Origin: Gemmatimonadota bacterium
Lineage (GTDB): Bacteria > Gemmatimonadota > Gemmatimonadetes > Palauibacterales > Palauibacteraceae
NCBI GenBank assembly: GCA_965116475.1
Contig: OZ220691.1
Coordinates: forward strand, 512,001-576,000
Reading direction: 5' to 3'
Length of the DNA stretch: 64,000 nucleotides
Part shown: piece by piece, positions 56,201 through 64,000 of the stretch
How the letters are laid out: each line of letters starts with the position of its first letter
How positions within the stretch are numbered: the first letter of the stretch is position 1
Translations under genes and position numbers: made by a program
Notes under the pieces: model-generated
What the model saw: the letters and a program-made list of their open reading frames with translations, nothing else
Told to the model about the DNA's origin: nothing
The model's database searches: none

Positions 56201-56270
56201 CGCAGGGGTCTCCAGTCAGAGCCTTGCAAATCAACCGCTCGAAGCTCCGTTCATTCATATCGGTTGTCAT
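53268..56270 (-). CDS. hsdR: Type I restriction enzyme R subunit
   Basis: D..LFINGLP...ELKN, QHSAGSGKS, IDEAHSSQ, FTATPK, KFQTGYDEP, QTLSRLNR. Confidence 0.95.
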   Translation of the reverse strand: MTTDMNERSFERLICKALTGDPCDPPSGPTVREPPARHGGVGWSQGNHHDYNREYCVDLVQLRTFLYITQPEAAAALRLTEDGPTRRKFLARLQGEINKRGTIDVLRNGIKHGPHDLDLFYGTPSAENVKARQRFEQNRFTVTRQLRYSRDETQRSLDIGLFINGLPVFTFELKNRLTKQTVSDAMRQYRRDRSQREPLFRLGRCLAHFAVDENEIHFCTHLKGKASWFLSFNRGWNDGAGNPPNPHGLATDYLWRRVLARESLTNMLENYAQVVASKDRKTGRKKRVQIWPRYHQLDVVRQLLAHAGEHGAGSRYLIQHSAGSGKSFSIAWLAHQMIRLEKDGAPVFDSIIVVTDRRILDRQIRDTIRKYAQVSSTVGHAEKSGDLRTFIEQGKKIIISTIQKFPFILDEIGNEQRGRTFAIIIDEAHSSQGGKTSAAMASALGEAGEAEEEETYEDQINRLIESRKLLPNASYFAFTATPKNKTLEIFGEPDPQSDGTVRHRAFHTYSMKQAIEEGFILDVLRHYTPVKSYYKLAKTVEDDPEFDVRKARKKLRRYVEGHDHAIRLKAEIMVDHFHEQVLAQHKIDGKARAMVVTNGIERAIQYFHAIRDYLEERKSRYGAIVAFSGEHEYGGKKVSEATLNGFPPSKIAETFQEDPYRFLICADKFQTGYDEPLLHTMYVDKTLSGIKAVQTLSRLNRSHPKKHDVFVLDFLNDTDTITEAFADYYRATVLADETDPNKLHDLQADLDAAHVYRLEQVTAFVKGYLDGADRDQLDPILDQCVAVYIEDLDEDEQVAFKSKARGFVRTYGFLSSILPYSNPGWEERSIFLNFLIPKLPAPAEEDLSKGILETIDMDSYRVEKKAMQKIILPDEDAEIEPVPGVNGGGRPDPEIDRLSRIIDEFNDLFGAIEWEHDDRVQEMITETIPAKVAQDPAFKNARENSDRENARIEHDRALARVMTSIMKDDTELFKQFVDNTDFKRWLGDTVFALAYRRTPT

Positions 56271-57707
56271 GAGTGGGTATGGTTGAGAGCCGGAGCGGGA
56301 TCCGACTCTTCCCAGTCCTCGGCAAGAGTCGCCTTGGCATCTCGGTGGAGATCGCCTTCGAGGCTGTGGCGTCGGGGCAGCGAAGCCGCGGCCTCTCGCA
56401 CGTCGAGCTTGCCGGTGACGACATCGGCGATCAGGCGGCTGCGGTATTCTCGCAGCAACTCAACCTGTCGTTCCGCGCGGGACAAAGCCACATCCAAGTC
56501 CTGCTTCCTTCGGTGTATCTCTGTAACGAGCCTCTGCTGTTCGGCGAAAGGGGGCTTGAGCACCCGTAGCGCTCCGATGTCTTCCATGTTAAAGTGACCC
56601 ACAGTAGTTCCTTGTGTCGCTAACCGGACATGGTCTCTGGGTGGTCCCGCGTAGATCATGTAAACGAGTAGATTTGGATCATATTCGCCTCGCCTCGACC
56701 GCATTAGTACCGTGCGCTGCCCTAGGCAAACGTTTGCATCCTTGGGCACAACACATGCTTCGCCAACAGGAGCTTCTCGCGTGAAGATCACGTCACCAGG
56801 CTCCGGCTTGGTTCGCCTTGTCCACGCCTGAAACGCCTCCTTGCTGGTGCAGTAGGTGCCTTCCCATCGGAGGCTCCCTCCCCGAACAGCCGTCGTTCGC
56901 ACGACTCGATACTCGCTATCGTCAACCTCAGGCGCTGTCCTGTGCTCGCAGTCCACCAACCGGTCAAGAACCCACTTCAGGGCAACCACATCCCAATGCT
57001 CAGGTACTTTCCCCATCCACTCCACACCGGAGTCCTTGTAAGCCGGGTACGGCTGGCCGGTTCGGGCATCGATCTGGCCTGTGACGGCTTGATGGATGAT
57101 GGCCCGCTTCTGTTCCTCCAGGAGTTCGATCAACCGTTCCTTTGCGCTGACGTAGCGTCGGATGCGCCAGTCAACGTGGTCGAGGAAGCGGACGATCGCT
57201 GCTTGCTCCGAACTCGGCGGTACGGGAACCAGTTGGTCCCCGAAGGCCGCAAAGCGGAAGTCGGTCGATCGCTCCCGAACACCCCGAGAGAGAGCCGAGA
57301 TCCATTGGCTCCGAGCCATCTCGCGGATGCATGACGCGTAGTAGTGCGAGTTCGTAGCGCCGTGTCTCGGCGCACAAACCGAATACACCGGTGTGCACTT
57401 ACCATCCGAGTCGGAGACGCCGCAGGCACCGGCAAAAGCGTCCATCGTGTGGATCACGAGATCACCACGGCGAACTCCCTGATAACCAATCTCCTTCAGT
57501 GACTCCGTGAAGCCTGAAGTTCGGCGGTTCTTTCGAAGCGTCACTGTGCCATCGCGAAAACACGTGACTACGTCGTCACTCGAGGTGACCGGTCGATCCA
57601 GCTTTGCAAACAACGACTTCGACCGCATCACTGACCAATGCTCTGGCACCGTGCCAAGCCATTCCACACCGGAATCCCGGAGGGAATCGTAGGGTCTCGC
57701 TCCGCTA

Positions 57708-57715
<8 letters not shown>
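56267..57715 (-). CDS. hsdS: Type I RM specificity subunit
   Basis: Two TRDs with repeats DSGVEWLGTVPEHW / DSGVEWMGKVPEHW, PP..EQ, VTGK.DVR. Confidence 0.95.
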
Positions 57716-59849
<2,134 letters not shown>

Positions 59850-60206
59850 GTTTCCCCTGGTGGCTCCTTGGAATCGTCAAGTATGCTTGAGCGTTGCAGA
59901 TCTCACCACGACCACTCAAGGATCCGTTGGCAGATGCAGGTACGGCAGGGAATGCACCTACGGCAAGTGCCCCCCAAAAAACGGGGGGGCTGACAAGCGC
60001 CTCGTACGCGAACCAGCCCGCAGGCGAGGTTCCCATTCTCTTCTGCAAGGCAGCACAGCCCGCCAGTCCCAAACCCATCTGAAGCGCTGACCTCGGCGTC
60101 AACCAATGCCGTACTTGTACACCTAGCTAGGAGCCGCTGTTGACAACCTGCGTGGAATCCGCTTTCATGTGTGCTTCCGACGACCACCGATTCCATTCTC
60201 GACGCC

Positions 60207-61019
60207 ATGAACACCTTTAAGCCCAAGAGTCTAGCTGAATTCGTCGACAACGTGAACGAGCTCGATCAGTCGATTGACGGCCCTCTTTGGTATAGAGGTG
60301 CGTCGAAGTTATCGTACCGCCTCCTACCGAGCCTGTATCGTCCCCGTCCCACGAGCACTCCTCCGCTTAGCCTTTCCGAGCTCGAACAGCGACTCGTCGA
60401 CCGCTTTCGCGAGCGTAGCATCCCCTATCACGCACACCCTCTAGATCCTGACGATCTCGAGATCCTGTTTCTAATGCAGCACTTCGGCGTCCCGACTCGT
60501 TTGCTGGATTGGACCGAAAATCCATTCTTTGCACTCTTCTTCGCGCTTCGGCACGTGTCCTTCCGCCGGGGCACGCACGGCGACATGTTCTGCACGCACG
60601 ACGCCACCGTCTGGGTGCTTGACGCTGCCGCCTGGAACCGCGCAGCCCTGAAACACCTTAGCTATGATGTCGGACCACTTGACCCTAGTCACGAGAGTGT
60701 AATCCCTTACCGTTCCATCGGGAGCATCCACGAGCTCCCGTCACCTCCCGTAGCCTTATACGGTGCCCACACAAGTTCTCGGATCGTTGCCCAACAGGGA
60801 ACCTTTGTGCTATTTGGGAAAGAAACGCGGCCCATGGAAACGATAGCAGCCCGCTCCATGTTCCCAACGGAATGTCTAGTCCGCCTCGTTCTCACTCGCG
60901 GCGTGATTCGAGAACTCCGTCGTGCCCTCTTCCGTCACGGCATCACCGAAGCCGCGCTGTTTCCTGACTTGGAAGGTCTGGCGCGTGACCTCAAACACAC
61001 TTTTGGGTTTTCGCTATGA
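60207..61019 (+). CDS. FRG domain protein
   Basis: WYRG, MQHFGVPTRLLDWTENP..ALFFA, RIVAQQG.F, LFPDLEG. Confidence 0.9.
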   Translation: MNTFKPKSLAEFVDNVNELDQSIDGPLWYRGASKLSYRLLPSLYRPRPTSTPPLSLSELEQRLVDRFRERSIPYHAHPLDPDDLEILFLMQHFGVPTRLLDWTENPFFALFFALRHVSFRRGTHGDMFCTHDATVWVLDAAAWNRAALKHLSYDVGPLDPSHESVIPYRSIGSIHELPSPPVALYGAHTSSRIVAQQGTFVLFGKETRPMETIAARSMFPTECLVRLVLTRGVIRELRRALFRHGITEAALFPDLEGLARDLKHTFGFSL

Positions 61020-62083
61020 TTTCACCGCCTCGATTTAAGATTCGGCAACATGATGCAAGGACTCTCTCTTGGTGGCGGCATCGCCGCGATCAGATTGATA
61101 TGAACCCACCATATCAACGGCGCGGTCGGTTATGGTCTTCGGCCGATAAGGCGTATCTTGTGGACTCGATTCTAAACGAATTCGATATTCCAAAGTTCTA
61201 TGTCGCCGATTTCACGTGGGGCAACTCACAGTTGAACGAAGCTCAGCTTCCTTATGCCATCATCGATGGCAAACAACGATTCGAAGCCATCTTTGATTTC
61301 TACGATGGCAAGATTCAACTGCAAGATGATTTTGAGTATCGATCGAACCCTAAACACAAGCTGGGCGGGCTGAGCTATCGCGACCTGCGCGACAACTACG
61401 CGGATGTAGCGGAAGTATTCGACAATTTCGTCCCACATGTCATGGGAGTGTACGCTGAGGAGGAAGGCAAAATCAACGATTTGTTTGTCCGCCTGAATCG
61501 TAGTAAGCCGCTGACCGGCGCCGAGATCCGAAACGCCATGGGAGGACCAGTACCAGCGATCCTACGTGAATTGGCGAACCATGAGTTTTTTGCAGAGATT
61601 ATACGATTTAACGTGAAGCGCGGCCAAGACCTAAACGCCGTAGCTAAGATATTGTTGTTTGAATTCTATCATGAACTGCGAGATACAAAGAAACGCAACT
61701 TGGACGAGTTCGTGGAGAGCGTCGGGGCGGATAAACAAGAGCGATTGGAATTGGCGGGACGGAAGATCGTCGATGTTCTCGATGATATGCGTGATGTGTT
61801 TTTGCCGCGAGATCGGTTGTTGTCGTCATCGGGTATCGTGCCGGTGTACTATTGGTTTATGCGCGAACGAACACGTAATGAACTGCCCCGAGTTCGACGA
61901 TTTATTGTTGGCTTTGAAGAAAAGCGGAAAGAGCACCGCCGAAGACTTCGCGACCAGCCCGGGATGGAGGAGGTGGATCACGAACTGACGGAGTACGATA
62001 ACTACAACCGAAGCACGAATGACGTGTCAAGCCACCGCGGGCGAGTTAGGATCCTCACGCGGCGTTTCAAGAAGTCACCCTAA
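61016..62083 (+). CDS. Stand-alone DUF262 domain protein
   Basis: P.YQR..LW, VDSIL...IP, IIDGKQR, F.RLN..KPL...EIRNA; ATGA overlap with FRG; no HNH motif. Confidence 0.88.
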   Translation: MISPPRFKIRQHDARTLSWWRHRRDQIDMNPPYQRRGRLWSSADKAYLVDSILNEFDIPKFYVADFTWGNSQLNEAQLPYAIIDGKQRFEAIFDFYDGKIQLQDDFEYRSNPKHKLGGLSYRDLRDNYADVAEVFDNFVPHVMGVYAEEEGKINDLFVRLNRSKPLTGAEIRNAMGGPVPAILRELANHEFFAEIIRFNVKRGQDLNAVAKILLFEFYHELRDTKKRNLDEFVESVGADKQERLELAGRKIVDVLDDMRDVFLPRDRLLSSSGIVPVYYWFMRERTRNELPRVRRFIVGFEEKRKEHRRRLRDQPGMEEVDHELTEYDNYNRSTNDVSSHRGRVRILTRRFKKSP

Positions 62084-62469
62084 TACGTTGCTGTCGCTAT
62101 GCGCGAGGTTCCCGAGCCACACGTGGCCTTGTGCGCTTCGGGGCATTGATGGGCTCGCCGCGCTTCGGTGAGCGAGATTACGCTGAAGGAGGCATGGTTG
62201 ATGGATGATGAACGGAGTGATGCGCAAGTGCTGGCGTCGGACCACGGTAGGATTCAGGCTCTCTTGACATTGAATGAACTTCTCCTGTACAGAATGCCCA
62301 AGGACGATTTGCGCGCTGTACGACAGCTTGTAGACGGTTTGCGGATGGACTAGCGCATGCTCGCAACGAACTCGGAAGGGGTCCTTGAGGCACCCGAGTT
62401 CCCCCGCCACTATTATGAGGGGTACACGGAGCAGTTTGACCGCTTTATTGACCGAGTCAGCCGCTAGCA

Positions 62470-63383
62470 TGTTCCTGACCCGGAGTCGGTGCGACAGATT
62501 CACCGTCCTGACTACACCTTGTTGGCGCCGGTGACCTCCATCGGCGTCCGGCCGCGAGTCCAGCGTCCGGTGTGGGCGCGGTCCTCGTTGTAGTAGCGAA
62601 GGTATCTCTCCAGATCGCGGCGGAGACCCAGGAGGCCGGGTACGAGGTACTGGGCGAAGGCGGGCTTCCAGCACTCCTCGAGGATCGTGCCGTGCACCCG
62701 CTCCACACAGCCGTTGGTCTGGGGCCGTCCGCTGCGGATGAACCGGTGTTCCGCGCCGAGGCTCGCCACCGTGTCCCGGAACGCCTGCGCCCGGAACTCG
62801 TTCCCGTTGTCGGTCAGCACCGCGCCCAGCTCCCGGCCGAACCGCTTCAGATCTCCGGCCACCCGCCGCGCCAGACGGGAGGCGTAGCGGGCGGCCGGGT
62901 TGTGCGGTGTCACATGCAACTCGGCCCACGTATACGCGCTCCCCACGTCGATCGCCGTGTACTGCCACACCACCCCCCGGGTGCCCCTGAGCTTGCCGAC
63001 CCGGAAACAGTCCAACTGCACCAGCTCCCCGGGCTCGTCCACCTCCAGACACCACCCGCTGCTCCACCAAGGCCGGCGTGGCGTTCGGCATCCGCAGGTG
63101 CCGTCGCTCCCGTGGCCTCAGCGCCTCCGGCCCGTAACGCTCCAGATCCCGACGCCACCGGTAGAACGTCGCGGGGTGGATCCCCGAGACCTGGCACGCC
63201 TGCCGCACGTTGCCCAACCGCTCGGCCAGCGCCATCGTCCCCAATCGATACCGGTGAAGCATGTCCTCCTAGGTCATGGTGTTGCTCCTGTGGTTCTGAA
63301 ATCCTTGATCAAACTTCAAACCACCGGATGCCATCACCGCACAGGGGGATGCGCCTGTGTCGCTCCATCTCGGAATCAGGACA
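62470..63383 (-). mobile_element. Decayed IS481-family element
   Basis: TGT...ACA ends with ~26-bp imperfect TIRs (TGTTCCTGACCCGGAGTCGGTGCGACA vs reverse complement TGTCCTGATTCCGAGATGGAGCGACA); CTAG near both ends. Confidence 0.85.
62512..63277 (-). pseudogene. IS481 transposase pseudogene
   Basis: ATG-ACC-TAG nonsense at codon 3; HTH (GNVRQAC...TFYRW); frameshifting deletion near 63050; rve domain PGELVQLD...AID...TDNGNEF...PQTNGCVER...YN..R.H. Confidence 0.88.
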
Positions 63384-63461
63384 TGCTAGGTCTTCGAGAG
63401 AAGGGGACCCGGAAGCCTAGGAGGAGCCGGAAGAAGTCAACCCGGAAGGAAATGAAGACGA

Positions 63462-63515
63462 CAGCCTGGACCGCTGCCCGCGGCGAGGCCGCCGGGTGTC
63501 AGGCGACTACCGTAT
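63462..63515 (+). repeat. Imperfect-hairpin repeat, copy B (occupied by IS1111 at its 3' CG), right edge of the island
   Basis: Direct repeat of 49000-49050; similarity stops where the IS end begins. Confidence 0.85.
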
Positions 63516-63563
63516 GTGGACGCCCGGAAATGGGCGAGTACGGATTCGGAACCGAGTCGGTGG

Positions 63564-63721
63564 CAGTCGGGTCAGGTACTGTCGTATGTCCGGCCTCTTG
63601 CTGCAGCCCCTTTTTGGGCCGCGGGCCCGTATGGTGTTCGTGAGATCGGATCCAGATCGTACTTGCGGGCTCTCAGGCCCTCCGGTAATCATTGGTTCTT
63701 CCGACCCCGTCTTGCTGACTG
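63564..63721 (-). ncRNA. Predicted bridge/seek RNA of the IS1111 element
   Basis: Two internal loops closed by hairpins. Loop strands TGATTACCG/AAGTACG resemble the target; ACATACG matches the IS end and CCATACG is its paired strand. Boundaries approximate. Confidence 0.7.
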
Positions 63722-63803
63722 TGTGCCCTTACCCGTTTCTCGCGTCCTGCTGTCCACCCCTCCCTCCAGCGCCTTTGCTTTCGCTGTTTCTCTCGCCGCC
63801 CGC

Positions 63804-64000
63804 TCAGGCGACAACTCGAACTCGGTAAGCCTCCTTTCGTGTGGCCAGCGCCCAGACCCTCCGCGCCGTCCTGTTGGCGACCGCCACCGCGACCACTTTC
63901 TTCGGCTTCCGCGCCAATACCCCGGCCAGCCACGGATCCGTGATCTCGCCGCGTCGGCTCGCGTGGCTGAACGACCGCCATGGCTTCCCGTGACCAGGAG
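63804..64000 (-). pseudogene. IS110/IS1111 transposase C-terminus (two apparent +1 frameshifts)
   Basis: Manual translation LLVTG/AMAVVQ/HASRRGEITDPWLAGVLARKPKKVVAVAVANRTARRVWALATRKEAYR*, the typical IS110 A.ANK.AR..W tail. Confidence 0.82.

Larger units (their letters stand above)
63511..64000 (-). mobile_element. IS110-family (IS1111 group) element, right end
   Basis: Transposase C-terminus, ~290-bp downstream non-coding end, and sub-terminal GGGCGTCCACATA-CG (63511-63525). Confidence 0.85.

Noticed and set aside
59985-60105. Possible integron attC between hsdM and FRG (GGCTGAC...GTCAACC ends), and CCCTAAT at the DUF262 stop
   Set aside because: Core sites deviate from RYYYAAC/GTTRRRY, arm pairing is poor, and no integrase is visible; an IntegronFinder/Infernal scan would settle it.
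62099-62467. Stop-interrupted + strand reading frame after DUF262 (…MDDERSDAQV…*RMLATNSEG…)
   Set aside because: May be a decayed gene, but no recognisable family.

Overview
This is a high-GC bacterial window. The gene repertoire (6-bladed propeller lipoprotein, receiver-AraC fusion, plant-type LRR/Ig lipoprotein, ankyrin protein, TonB receptors, TRAP transporter) resembles Gemmatimonadota, possibly a sponge-associated lineage; that assignment is inference only. Bases 1-48.9 kb hold metabolic, transport and surface genes: an AtuA/carboxyltransferase/B12-binding operon, amidase, threonine aldolase, a Fur-boxed TonB receptor locus, a TRAP operon containing an NCS2 protein fused to a degenerate RsbW-like domain, a DUF222-HNH gene, a PLP decarboxylase, an M28 peptidase and a K+ channel, plus several deletion-derived gene remnants. 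Bases ~49-63.5 kb form a visibly lower-GC defence island (type I RM, GmrSD-like, DUF3800, membrane protein, FRG+DUF262) followed by a decayed IS481 and the 3' end of an IS110/IS1111 element. Four observations stand out. (1) The perfect 16-bp palindrome CGTTCCCGCGGGAACG occurs 7 times, six at gene boundaries and one inside the DUF222-HNH coding sequence. (2) The IS1111 non-coding end reads as a bridge/seek RNA whose four guide segments all end in a CG core and match the element's own end, its insertion site and an empty site 14.5 kb away. (3) These two sites are ~52-bp direct repeats bracketing the defence island. (4) Tandem duplications at three stop/start junctions all have 3n+2 units, creating chains of translationally coupled mini-ORFs. 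No rRNA, tRNA or CRISPR array was found. All product calls come from motif recognition by eye, without database searches.
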